DNA from: Octopus sinensis
Taxonomy: Eukaryota
NCBI RefSeq assembly: GCF_006345805.1
Contig: NC_042997.1
Location: 195,548,001-195,612,000 of the forward strand
Direction of reading: 5' to 3'
Length of the DNA stretch: 64,000 nt
The position numbers were made by a program, and so were the translations under genes. How positions within the stretch are numbered: position 1 is the first letter of the stretch; every line of letters starts with the position of its first letter. Positions 39,826 through 52,563 of this stretch are shown in pieces. The notes below the pieces were generated by a model. It worked only from the letters and a program-made list of their open reading frames with translations. It did no database searches and was not told where the DNA came from.

Positions 39826-40167
39826 ATTTCTGATTTAGGAACAAGGCCGGTAATTTTGTGGGAAGGAAGTCTGGGGCGAAACCATCGGCTTGAATAGTGT
39901 TTTATTTTATGGATACCAGAGGGATGAAAGACAAAGTCGAGTCTGGCAGAATTTGAAACGAGACAGACAGAATAAGTACTAGGCTTCCAAAGAATAAGTC
40001 CTGGGGTCGATTTGCTCGACTAAAGGCGGTGCTCCATCATGGCCGCAGTCAAATGACTGAAACAAGTAAAAGAGAATAAAAGAAAGAGAGTCGCAGCAAA
40101 CACGGAAAAGTATGTTGTCCGACGCTCTAACGGTTCTGCCAATCCACCGCCGTATAGAAAGAGAAAT

Positions 40168-40523
40168 ATCGGTTTCAAATTTTGGCACTCTCAGTGTTCA
40201 ACTGGTACTTATTTTGTCGACTATGGAAGGATGAAGGGCAAAGTCGACCTCGGCGGAATTTGAACTCAGAACGTAGCGGCAGACGAAATACCTATTTCTT
40301 TACTACCCACAAGGAGCTAAACACAGAGGAGACAAACAAGGACAGACAGACGGGATTAAGTCGATTATATCGACGCCAGTGCGTAACTGGTACTTAATTT
40401 ATCGACCATGGAAGGATGATATAGGCAGAGTCCACCTCGGCGGAATTTGAACTCAGAACGAAGAAGGACGAAATATCGCTAAGCATTTAGACCAGCGTGC
40501 TAACAATCCTGTCAGTTCGTTGT
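40168..40523 (-). mobile_element. Old S4 copy carrying an inserted permuted young S4 unit
   Basis: Private variant CATCCTTCCATRGTCGA duplicated on both sides of a young segment. Confidence 0.75.
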
Positions 40524-40688
40524 CTTAGAAGAAACAATATTAACCATAAATTAAAACCTTTGCTTTGGACTACTGTGAAAATAAATTGTGTGTGCTTAGG
40601 TTTTACCAGAGGTTCTGTCGTCTTTTGAATTACTTTCAGTATAATCTTCGTATTTTTAATCTTAACGTGAATATAGACGCCGAGTCTT

Positions 40689-41054
40689 GGCACTCCGTCG
40701 GTTACGACGACGAGGGTTCCAGTTGATCCGATCAACAGAACAGCCTGCTCGTGAATGTAACGTGCAAGTGGCTGAGCACTCCATAGACACATATACCCTT
40801 AACGAAGTTCTCGGAGAGATTCAGCGTGTGACAAGGTTGGCCCTTTGAAATACAGGTACACAAGAAACAGAAAGAAAGAGAGAAAGTTGTGGTGAAGGAG
40901 TACAGCAAGATTCGCTACCACCCCCGGCCGGAGCCTCGTGGAGCTTTAGGTATTTTCGCTCAATAAACACTCGCAATGCCCGGTTTGGGAATCGAAACCG
41001 CGATTCTACGACTGCGAGTCCGCTGCCCTGATCACTGGACCATTGCGTTTCCAC
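40689..41054 (-). mobile_element. S1 SINE
   Basis: Reverse complement of the S1 consensus. Confidence 0.88.
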
Positions 41055-41058
41055 AAAG

Positions 41059-41374
41059 GAGCACTCCGTCGGTTACGACGACTAGGGTCCCAGCCGATAC
41101 GATCAACGGAACAACTTGCTCGTGAAATTAACGTGCAAGTGGCTGAGCACCCCACAGACACGTGTACCCTTAACGCAGTTCTAAGGGAGATTCAGCGTGA
41201 CACAGAGTGTGACAAGGCTGGCCCTTTGAAATACAGGTACTACTCTTTTTTGCCAGCTGGGTGGACTGGAGCAACGTGAAATAAAGTGTCTTGCTCAAGG
41301 ACACAACGTGTCGTCAGGAATTGAACTCACGATCGTGGGCAGAATGCCCTAACCACTGAGCTACGCGCCTTCAC
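41059..41374 (-). mobile_element. S2 SINE with S1-type tail
   Basis: CORE-like segment; shares the outer TSD TGAATATAGACG with the adjacent S1. Confidence 0.85.
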
Positions 41375-41490
41375 TGAATATAGACGTACATTGCACGTGA
41401 AGTAAAAACCCTAGCAGTGACTAATTCTGCTTTTCTTTCAAATGTAACTATATTTAAATTCATGCTTAGTTTATACATACATGTAGAAAC

Positions 41491-41874
41491 GAGGAAGCAC
41501 TCCGTCGGTTACGACGATGAGGGTTCCGGTTGATCCGAATCAACGGAACAGCCTGCTCGTGAAATTAACGTGTAAGTGGCTGAGCACTCCACAGACACGT
41601 GTACCCTTAACGTAGTTCTCGGGGATATTCAGCGTGACATAGAGAGTGACAAGGCCGGCCCTTTGAAATACAGGTACAACAGAAACAGGAAGTAAGAGTG
41701 AGAGAAAGTTGTGGTGAAAGAGTACAGCAGGGATCACCACCATCCCCTGCCGGAGCCTCGTGGGGCTTTAGGTGTTTTCGCTCAATAAACACTCACAACG
41801 CCCGGTCTGGGAATCGAAACCGTGATCCTATGACCGCGAGTCCGCTGCTCTAACCACTGGGCCATTGCGCCTCC
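41491..41874 (-). mobile_element. S1 SINE, full length
   Basis: TSD ATGTAGAAAC at 41481-41490 and 41875-41884. Confidence 0.94.
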
Positions 41875-42146
41875 ATGTAGAAACATATATATATTCTCTT
41901 GTAGAAATACAGTATTTATGAAGAATTCACTGGGTGGAATAAATATCAGAGATGCTTTGTCCCAGGGAGAAACTAAAGATATTGTAAGTTTTTCTCCTGA
42001 TTATGACTAAAGATATTGCATTCCTGGTAGTTTTCCTGTGCCTTCAGCGAATCAATCGGGGTCACAGGCGTATTGCCCTTTACTCTGCACGCTCTGTCTG
42101 AGTGGAACAACAAGGACTAAATTAAATATTACCTCCAGAAGATATC

Positions 42147-42600
42147 TATTTCTTTACTACCCACAAAGGGGTAAACACAGAAGGAACAAACAAGGACAGA
42201 CAAACGGATTAAGTCGATTATATCGACCCCAGTGCGTAACTGGTACTTATTTAATAAAGGCGGTGAGCTGGCAGAATCGTTAGCACACCGGGCGAAATGT
42301 TTTGCGGTATTTCGTCTACCGTTACGCTCTGAGTTCAAATTCCGCCGAGGTCGACTTAGCCTTTCATCCTTTCCGGGTCGATAAATTAAGTACCAGTTAC
42401 GTACTGGGGACGATGTAATCGACTTAATCCGTTTGTCTGTCCTTGTTTGTCCTCTCTGTGTTTAGCCCCTTGTGGGTAGTCAAGAAATAGGTACTTATTT
42501 AATCGCCCCCGAAAGGATGAAAGGCAAAGTTGACCACGGCGGAATTTGAACTCAGAATGCATTTCGCCCAGCGTGCTAACGTTTCTGCCAGCTCGCCGCC
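42147..42600. mobile_element. S4 (-) containing a nested S4 (+) at 42257-42489
   Basis: Outer TSD CCTCCAGAAGATATC; inner TSD GGTACTTATTTAAT at 42242-42255 and 42490-42503. Confidence 0.9.
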
Positions 42601-43076
42601 CTCCTCCAGAAGATATCTATCAGCTATTTTAAGAATCGAAAAAGTATATTTGACGACGTGCTGTTCATTTTCGTGATTTTGGGTAAAATTGTGACAAACT
42701 AGAAAATTATTCATCGTAGACGCGTGATCTGTTGATAAGGGTGTTAAGCTCACGAGCAGAAAAATGTTGGCTCAATTTCGGGATTAGCCTGCGCGTTGTG
42801 TCCTTAAGCGAGGCACTTCATTTTACGATGCTGCGACCCACTCGGGTGTAATTAACCTCTCTTCGATTTCATTATAACTATGTGAATTTTTGATTATACT
42901 CATCTGTGTATCTGACCTGATCAGGCTGTGCTGTCCCCTCTATGTTGGCCCCTTGTGGGCAATAAAGAAACAAATTAATCTCTCTCTCTTCAAATGTCAC
43001 ATCCTCGAAATTCCACTGTGCCCAAGGGTGGGAAGTCACTTGAGAGTTCTATGTTTGCTCACGACTTCATTAATAC

Positions 43077-43362
43077 CTTCCGTATTTTGTTGGTACACGA
43101 GACGCTCAGGTAGTGAGCTGGCAGAATCGTTAGCATACCAGGCAAAATATTTTAGCCCCTTGTGGGTACTAAAGAAATAGGTACATGAGACGCACTTTTT
43201 ATAAAAGAAATGTCTCAAAATATCACCCTGGGTCCTATATGCAAAGTTGGACCTATATTACATGATTTAATATACTAAAAGCTTATTTTACTGAATATAC
43301 GCTGCTGAAATTTGGGTGCGTCGAATACACCCGAGTAGCTTTTATGCCATCAAATACGCTTA
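43077..43362. mobile_element. Tc2/pogo-like MITE fossil with an inserted internally deleted S4 (43108-43179)
   Basis: CCGTATTT...GAGACGCAC and GTGCGTC...AAATACG termini; S4 TSD GGTACAYGAGACGC. Confidence 0.65.
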
Positions 43363-43904
43363 ATACAATCAGCGTAAAAGTCATATCCGTTGGCGAGAAA
43401 CGGATGGTTACTCGCTTTTCTTAAAAAAAATCAATCTTTCAAAGTAGGATTTAACTATAACGGAATAAGATACCATTTTATTTTTATACGTATCTTCCTT
43501 TATTTGAAGTATAAGCAAAATTTAATATGTTATCCTCCATAATTTTCCTCCAATGTTTCATTGTTCTCCATAATACTTAAATATTGTTTGTTAGTTCCTT
43601 TTCATTTTTTTTTGGTTGGGGGATTGGTATTTTTTTTACGTATTTCTGATCCGGCTACTTTCGAATTTTTCTTCTTCAAACATCCAGAATTTAATTCCTT
43701 TATTGTTCTTAATTTGAAATTACTAAAAGACAAAAATGAAAATCGGTTTTGGTTGTGTCTGATCCAGTCATACTAGGAATTTTCTCCTGAAATGACAAAA
43801 AAAGAAAAAAAGCTTCTTTTAATACTCTTCAGTATGGCCGGATGGTTAAGAAGTTTACTGCATAACCAAGAGGGCCTGGGTTCAACCCCACTGCGTGGCA
43901 CCTT

Positions 43905-44170
43905 TATCTTTTACTTGTTTTAATTATTAGACTGCGGTCATGCTGGGGTACCACTTTGAAGAAATTTTAGCCGAATGAATCGACCCTACTAATTTTTATA
44001 GGCTTGGTACTTATTCTATCGGTCTCTTTTGCCAAACCGCTAAGTTACAGGCACGTAAAAGCACCAACGCCAATGTCAGGCAGTGGTGGGGAACAAACAT
44101 AGAAACGAAGGTACATACGCACACACACATGCGACGGGCTTCTTTCAGTTTCCGTCCACCAAATGCACCC
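43905..44170 (-). mobile_element. S3 SINE fragment, inverted within another S3 head
   Basis: S3 tail on the minus strand, between S3 head pieces at 43830-43903 and 44180-44215. Confidence 0.65.
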
Positions 44171-44772
44171 ACAAGCTTGGAATCGGTAGACGGAAACTGA
44201 AAGAAGTCCGTCGTATAATATATATACATTTTATTTATTATTTTGCACATTACTTAATCATCGTTATATGTTTTATCTTATATTTAATCTTTCTAAAATA
44301 TGTAATTTTTCTAAATGGTATAATTTAATTTTTCATTATTGAATTGATAAAAGGTGTTTTTTCTAATATATATATATATTATATTTTGTGAAATTTGATT
44401 TAGTATTTCTAAATTGAATTTTTCCCTGTAGGTTTGGAATAATATTACCTCATATTTTATATATATATATATATTACGTCGCTGCGTAAGCAAAAAAATG
44501 AGTAAAATTTCGTTCCTTGCTGTTGGCGGTGTTCAAAAGTTTCTATACTTTTTCATCGGCTTTCATCATTCTCACCGAATGTCTGTACGTGTGAATTTAC
44601 TCCCCACCTCTCTCTCTCTCTTTCACACATACACACACACTCACATAAACGTGCACGCAAACTCACAAATATATGTATGAATGTATACACATATATATAT
44701 ATATTTGTGTGTGTATATCTTTCTTTTTAACTTGCTCAAATATATGTGTGCGTGTGTATGTCTCTGTGTGTG

Positions 44773-44873
<101 letters not shown>

Positions 44874-44880
44874 CATACAT

Positions 44881-44934
<54 letters not shown>

Positions 44935-45233
44935 CTTCTTTTTTACTCAGCTCTTTTTGCAGTCTTCTCGCAAAATTTCTAAATTCAAGTGCACGTATAC
45001 CTGTGTGTATTTGTTTGGAAGGGTATATGCAAATTACATCGTCATTGCGCAAGCGTTCCTTACGTTTCCGGGTAGATGCGGCTACACTTAATTGAACCGT
45101 CGGTATTCCGTACCACACTTACTGGGCGTAAAAGGTCAATACCTGTGATCGCTTATTGATAACTATCGCTGATCAAGCAAGATCACGCAATTGATTGTAT
45201 TACTCGATTGTGTGGAACACACAAACACACACA

Positions 45234-45273
<40 letters not shown>

Positions 45274-45494
45274 GCACACACACAACGCACTATATTTTTC
45301 TACACATGTATACATACAGGCAAAGGTTCATGCATTCGTACACGGCCCTTATATATATATGTATGCATATATTTATATATTTGTATGTATAAATGTATAC
45401 AAATGAAATGAAGTATATACGCTCTAACATATACCTAACACATAAGGCGTACTCCCTTGATCATTCGTTCCACAAAAGCCAACGACTCAATGCT

Positions 45495-45498
45495 ATAC

Positions 45499-45529
<31 letters not shown>

Positions 45530-45882
45530 TATATAAATATATATATATATAAATATATATATATGTATATATATATGCATATATATATATATATGTATAT
45601 TATATATATATATATGCATATATATATGTATATATATATATATACTATATATACATGTATATATATATGTATATATATACTATATATATATATACATATA
45701 TATATACATATATACATATATATATATGTATTGTATATATATATGCATATATATATATATACACGCACATATATATACATACATATATACGCATATATAT
45801 GCACACATATATATACATACATATGCATATATACACATATACAGATGTGCATATACATGTGTATATATGTTATGTATGTATA

Positions 45883-45917
<35 letters not shown>

Positions 45918-45960
45918 AGCATGCATGCATCCATACATACATTCATAAATACACACACTC
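45495..45960. repeat. Long degenerate (TA)n tract
   Basis: Directly visible. Confidence 0.95.
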
Positions 45961-46607
45961 ACTCACTGACTCACTGACTCACTCTCTCTCTCTCTCTCTC
46001 TTTCCCTCTCTAAAACACACATAAGTACATTTTTGTATACGTACATATTCTGTTGGTAGACTAACATTTCTCTCATGACTTAAATCCAAATTTCTGTTGT
46101 TGCCTTCTTCGATCCATTTGTTCGTCATTGTACGAAAGACATTCACCGTTTGTCATACATTTACGACCCGTTCTCTGCTCTTCAGAAAAGATTCATTTGG
46201 ACAGAATGTCATTGAGAAGGTCAAAGAGCGATGATGGAACACTCTGTTGATAGCATTCACTGTGTGAAAAAACTATACAGGAGTTGAATAACAGCACAGC
46301 AAGTATACATCAAGTATATGCCAAAAAAATTATAGCGCATGTAGGCAACAAAGGTATACACACATCATATCAACTGTTTGAAAACAATAGTGCACGCATA
46401 AAAACAATGTGGTTACATGACTCTACCAGAATGTAATAATGTCACTTTGCGCAATATAGAAATCACATCTTTTTGTTAAACACATAAAATGGAACACCCA
46501 CATACGCGCGTATATAGATACATATATACGTACATGTGGAGGCGCAATGGCCCAGTGTTTAGGGCAGCGTACTCGCGGTTTCGATTCTCATACACATATA
46601 CATACAG

Positions 46608-46921
46608 GTGGAGGCGCAATGGCCCAGTGGTTAGGGCAGCGTACTCGCGGTTGTAGGATCGCGGTTTCGATTCTCAGACCAAGCGTTGTGAGTGTTTATT
46701 GAGCGAAAACACCTAAAAGCTCCACAAGGCTCAGGCAGGGGGTTGGGGGGGATCCCTGCTGTACTCTTTCGCCACAACTTTCTCTCACTCTTTCTTCTGT
46801 TGGCCAGTTGGCTTAGCCAGCAGGGTCGCGTCATTTGAAAGCTAAAACAATGCGAAGCGCATTGTGACCAGCGATGTGTAGCAACATCTGATAGCCTGGT
46901 CGGTCACGGTGATCACGGTGA
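46608..46921 (+). mobile_element. S1-head SINE with an alternative tail (...GGTCGGTCACGGTGATCACGGTGAT)
   Basis: S1 head and body to ~46800, then an unrelated tail; truncated head duplicate at 46537-46590. Confidence 0.85.
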
Positions 46922-47211
46922 TATACATACAGAGAGAAGGAGATAAAGAGAGAGAACAAGAGAGAGGGAGAGAGAGAGATGTGAAAGAGAGAAACTCATA
47001 TACAGATACTCGCACAGTCACATAGGCACACACACATACTTGCATATATTGCAATATAGAGAGGGTGAGAGAGAGTGTGTGCGTGAGATAGAGAGAGCGA
47101 AAAAGAGAAGAGAGGGAGAGAGAAAGGGGAGAGGAAGGGGAGAGAGATACTCATACACAGATTTCCACGCAGTCACATTCACATACAAACATATATGTAT
47201 ATTTTGCAGTA

Positions 47212-47273
<62 letters not shown>

Positions 47274-48259
47274 GGAAAGAGAGAAGGAGAGAGAGGGAAG
47301 GAGAGAGAGAGAGAGGAGAGAGAGAAAAAGCAAGAGAGAGAAAGAAACTCAGATACAGGTACCCACTAAATGACATATATACACACACACGCATGTAGCC
47401 ACATACACATGCAAACACACACACACACACAAGACCTACATACAACCACACAAACAGGCAAGCAGAGACGCGCGGACATAGAGGCAGACATTCGTTCATG
47501 TACGTCTATACATGTATAGAAGTGTATATGTGTATGGATGTGCGTGTATGGATATGCGAGTGTGTGTGTGATAGAGAGTGTTCCCATTTCATTGATCTCA
47601 CGAATGCTTATCTAGGTAATGTGTAAAGAACATTCATTACCCAGGCTTAATTAATTAATTAATTATTTGAAGGTGTATTATTATAGTGTGTCATATAATT
47701 GTTTTATGAGCTTAATTATGGATCCCGACTTTTAATGTGGAAATTGAAATGAAAGATATTTTGTACCACTTGTTTGTTTGTGTGTGTGTGTATGTATATT
47801 TGTGTGTGGATGTGTGAGTGTGTGCGTGTGCATATACTTGTTTGTCAGTGCGTGTACGTCTATATTTATGTATATATGCGTATGTATATAAATATATATG
47901 TATATGTATAAAATATAAATGAGTAACGAAGAGCAGATTCTTTCACTCAGCTGGGTCTTATTATCTGCATACACTGCAAGAATATCATGTGGTCGGCACT
48001 TATTCACCAAGTTTGATATACATTTAATATTGTTGAGTTTGCATGTGATTCAGACCTAACACGGTGCTTAAATTTAAGTACCTAATTCAACTGATTCTTA
48101 TTTGTATTATATATATATTATACATATACATATATTAATAATAAAAGGATAAAATTTATTAATTAAATTAATCAATTTAATTTATATATATATATGAATT
48201 TTTTGTGTAATGAGATAAAAAAACAAGGCTGTTTTAATTAGAGCATTTATAGATTGAAG

Positions 48260-48317
48260 GTCTTACAGTTGTTTCTAGAATATTAATTAATAATAATAAT
48301 ATCCCTTCATCGGAGTC
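48260..48317 (-). ncRNA. Hammerhead motif, U4C variant with long AT-rich stem II
   Basis: Minus strand GACT-CCGATGA-A GGGATATT...AATATTCT A-GAA ACA AC TGT A-AGAC. Confidence 0.6.
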
Positions 48318-48431
48318 GGTGTGGGAGGAAAAGTTGTATATATATATATAACAAAGTGGAGTTGTAGGGTACCGCACGAGTGGAATTATATACGAAAGAA
48401 GGTTTGAAAATGCAATTTAAAAGATGTTTAT

Positions 48432-48476
48432 TTACTTTACCGGTTTCACTCTTTGGAAAAAGATTGTCAAAAGTAA
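48432..48476 (-). ncRNA. Hammerhead motif, U3-A8 variant
   Basis: Minus strand TTACTT-TTGACAA-TCTTT ttcc AAAGA GT-GAA ACCGGT A-AAGTAA; 6-bp stem I. Confidence 0.7.
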
Positions 48477-48890
48477 CATGCAGAAGTTTGGTTGCGTTAA
48501 TTATTGGTTGTTACAAATTGCTACATTACATATATACAGTCTTTGGTAACAGGGACATGTTAAGGACATAAAAAAGTTCAACAAGTTCCTTAAAATATTG
48601 GGCACAAAAGATTACTACATAAATAATCGTTCTCAAGGACATGCTTAAGATAGTTTCCAGAAGGAATTGATATTGGTATTGTATCTGTATATTCAAACAT
48701 GCACAGAATATTGGTTGACACAGAGTACTACAATCCATATAAATATACATTCTTTGGTGACAAGAGTAAAAAAGAGAGACAGAGAGAAAAAAGGAAAATG
48801 TCACTTGCATTTGAAAACTATGGAAATATTTTTAGCAAAACGTTTCATTTAATTTTTCCACAATTTAATTGTTTTTCATGCTTTATTCTA

Positions 48891-48924
48891 AGTTGAAAAA
48901 GTCGCAAAAACTGAATCCGGTACT
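48891..48924 (+). ncRNA. Degenerate hammerhead, U3-A8 variant (family of 61475)
   Basis: AG-TTGAAAA-AGTC gcaaa AACT-GAAT CCGG TA-CT; A15.1 mutated. Confidence 0.5.
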
Positions 48925-48980
48925 AAAATGTTCTTTACGATAAAATTAATTTAGCATTTTCTATCTTGTCTAATTTTCCT

Positions 48981-49049
<69 letters not shown>

Positions 49050-49157
49050 ATAGTTAATCAAAAACACGGAGAAAAAAGACAATGAGAAAAAAACAACAAC
49101 GCGAGGACGTGGTACATGCAAAGTATTAATAAGACGTTCAAGGAGGAAAGAAAGGAT

Positions 49158-49189
49158 GTTTTATGTTTCGAGCAAACCTCCTCAGAAAC
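49158..49189 (-). ncRNA. Minimal hammerhead motif in pLTR island 49051-49260
   Basis: Minus strand GTTT-CTGAGGA-GGTTTGCTC-GAAACATA-AAAC. Confidence 0.6.
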
Positions 49190-49269
49190 AGGAGGCGGAG
49201 GAAAGTCCAAGGAAGACGAAGGAAAAAAAAATCGCCGTCACTCCACATGTAGTTGCATGTGGTTATATA

Positions 49270-49325
<56 letters not shown>

Positions 49326-49365
49326 ATATACACACTCTTTTTCCTTCTCTGCATTTGTCTGTCTG

Positions 49366-49406
<41 letters not shown>

Positions 49407-49557
49407 TATATATATATACATATACATATGTATACATATAGGTGCCACGTATAAAGCTTTGGTGCTGGTACATCGTAAAAACAACCCAATGTATTCTGTA
49501 AAGTGATTGGTTCTTTTAGAGTTTTTTTTGTTTTCTGACTTATGGACATAACAACCG

Positions 49558-49709
49558 ACATACATACATACATACATACATACATACATACATACATACA
49601 TACATACACATACACACACACATATATACATACATGCATGCATACATACATACACACATACATACATACATACATACATACATACATACATACATACATA
49701 CATACATAC

Positions 49710-49740
<31 letters not shown>

Positions 49741-49762
49741 CATACATGCATGCATGCATACA

Positions 49763-49796
<34 letters not shown>

Positions 49797-49896
49797 CATA
49801 CATACATACATACATGCACACACATATACATACACACACATACATACATACATACATACATACATACATACATACATACATACATACATACATACA
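49558..49896. repeat. (CATA)n array
   Basis: Directly visible. Confidence 0.97.
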
Positions 49897-50004
49897 AATT
49901 CGTCCGTGTTAACTACATCCAAAAGATGGAGCCTTGTATCTTTGTTGGAAACCGGTTCCCTCCTCAGTAGAAGATTTATAATAATTAAAAAATAGAAGAG
50001 ACAC

Positions 50005-50234
50005 ACATACAAGATATCCCTTACATCATCAACAGCTGCTCCAAAACGCCTACGAAATACTACCGGCCTCTGAGGCATGATTTAGTTGCAATATTACAAT
50101 GCTATCCACAGGTAGGAATATTGGTTGAACACCCCACAATGCAAACATAACAAGTCTGGTACTGTTCTCTGGGATCAGGAACAAAAGTCATGCACTGTTT
50201 GTTGTAGGGGTCAGCTGCCCAGCAGATGTGAATG
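50005..50234 (+). pseudogene. R4/Dong-like (RLE-type) non-LTR retrotransposon C-terminal fossil
   Basis: QDIPYIINSCSKTPTKYYRPLRHDLVA (CCHC-RHD region) and CKHNKSGTVLWDQEQKSCTV...VSCPADVN (PD..E-like RLE motif, frameshifted). Confidence 0.75.
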
Positions 50235-50804
50235 TATTGGGTTGTCCGGAAAGTTTGTGCCGATTTTTAAAGGAAAGAAAAAGGTCAATAAATATTTGCC
50301 ATTACATTTTTAATCGACCAAATATGAACCATTTTGTTGCACAATGCGTCTCCATCTTTCCTTTATCTTGAAAATACCCTCTTCCCAGAATTGAGGTGGT
50401 TTCATGGCAAAGAATTCATCAAGGTATATTTTTACGTCATTTAAGGAATTAAAATTTTTACCATTAAGACTATTCTGCAGAGACCTGAATAAGTGGAAAT
50501 CTGAAGGTGCAATATCTGGTGAATATGGAGGGTGGGGCAACACATCCCAGCCGAGCTACAGCAATTTTTGTCTGGTATCCAAAGCACTAAGTGCCGAAAA
50601 TGAACTTTCTTATCTTCCATTTTAAAGGGTTACAGAAATAACACAGGTTATAGGAACATAAACCTTCTTCCACGAAAATATAGCTTAAACTGTGCTCTAA
50701 ATGGAGGTGAAGTCAAATCCGATTTTATGGACTGAACCATGTTCTAAAATAAGTCGAAATGTAAGCTACTATAAATCGGCACGAAGTTTCTGGACAACCC
50801 AATA
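50235..50804 (-). mobile_element. Internally deleted mariner element
   Basis: TA TSD; TIR TTGGGTTGTCCGGAAAGTTTGTGCCGATTT; minus strand MEDKKVHFRH (ATG 50620) fused to WDVLPHPPYSPDIAPSDFHLFRSL...GSYLVD*. Confidence 0.95.
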
Positions 50805-52229
50805 TATAGAGCACCAACCGGGGTGCTGGTGCGGCTCTCTTAGCTTCTAGTTGTGAGATACTGAATGGATTATTGGATTAAGAAGATGGGTGTAGAGAGG
50901 CTGCCTGTTTTTTTTCGCGACAACATAGACACCTAAAATCTTTAACGAAAGTAAATTACATGTCACCAAGATATATTTGTTCACTCGCTACGACTTTTTG
51001 TACACACATACACACGGACTGAGACAACCACACATACACACACACATACAAATGCTCGCAGGTAAATCCTGTTGGTGTTTGCTTCTGGGCGCATGGTATT
51101 TATTAGTTAGAATAAAGCATTCAAAGTATTAGTACAGAAAACCAACAGCTTTGATTTAAAACAGTGACTCAATACAAGGCGTTTTGTTCTTCGAACGAAA
51201 CAGGACGCTTTTTGTCGCATTCACTGTTTGAATTAAAACATTAAAATTTTTACATACATTTCACGTCTACGTATGTGTTCGCATCATATGTGTCTGTGCG
51301 TATGGGAAGAGATAGATTGATATAGAGATAGACAGATCGATTGAGAGAGAGAGAGAAAGAGAGCAAGGAGAGGGCAATTGAAGGAAAGAGCAAGCGAAAG
51401 AGAGTGCAAGCAAAGAAGAAAACATGTGAAGGAGAGAACATATGAAGGAGAGAATGTGTTATATGGAACGATTCAATGTTTTTTTTATTTATTTTTCCTC
51501 CATGAACATCTTAAAGTCTACATAAAACCTTTGGATATCAAGAATAGAAAATATAAAGAAAGAATAGAATTGTAATGAGCCCGCAGTATTTTAACAACAA
51601 CAGCAACAACAACAACAGCAAGAAGAAAAAGAAGAAGAAGAAGAACAACAACAACAACAACAAAGAACAACAACAACAACCATCAAAAGACCAACCCGTA
51701 CGTTCGTACGATTGCAACGGTTTTCAAAAAAAAGAAAATTAGAAACAAACAAAAACAAAAACAACAACAACGACAAAAAAATCACCATTCCTTGCCTTGT
51801 CTTGCCTCTGGCCGTTGGTTCATTACCTACACGAATTCTTTGTTAAGAGACAACAGACGAAAGATAGAGAAAAACCTATCGCTATTGTCTCAAGCTAAGC
51901 GCACACAGACTCGACGAAACACGCCATTTTTGGGTATATCTACGTTCACCGTTGAGCAACAACAGGCGTGTTTTTTTTTATTTTAGTTGCATTTACTTAT
52001 TTATATAGCTGGAGGTCTTCTATTTCTCGATTGTTCGATTGGTGACTGTCTGCCAGTAGGAGAAAGTAAAATAGAAAACAGGAGATTACATGCTGATTTC
52101 TTCAATATTTCGTTTTTGCTAATGAGAAAATTTAAGGTAAGATACATCATCGGAAGTTACTGTACTGTATAACTTTTAGTTTAAAAGCATCGAGTTAAGT
52201 ATGTAATAATAATAATAATAAGAAGAAGA

Positions 52230-52280
<51 letters not shown>

Positions 52281-52563
52281 TAATAATAATAATAATGATG
52301 ATGATGATTATAATGACAAAATTACTGCTGTTATACTAAAACGACCAAAAGAATTGCACTGTAACCAGATCATCAACTAACAAACATCACAGCAACATAA
52401 CTATCGCAACTGTCACGACTACAGCGACCTCTGCCGCCAGTATCAACGTTACTGCTGTACCACTTGACTTCTACCAAAACAATATCATTAAGAAGTGAAT
52501 AAATGATAACGAAAAAGAAAAAAAGGGGGGAAGAAAAATATAAAGAATTATTTAAAATGAACC

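Noticed and set aside
46050-46505. Possible Tc1/mariner-like left-end fossil (AAATGGAACACCC)
   Set aside because: Only one putative TIR and a weak peptide resemblance
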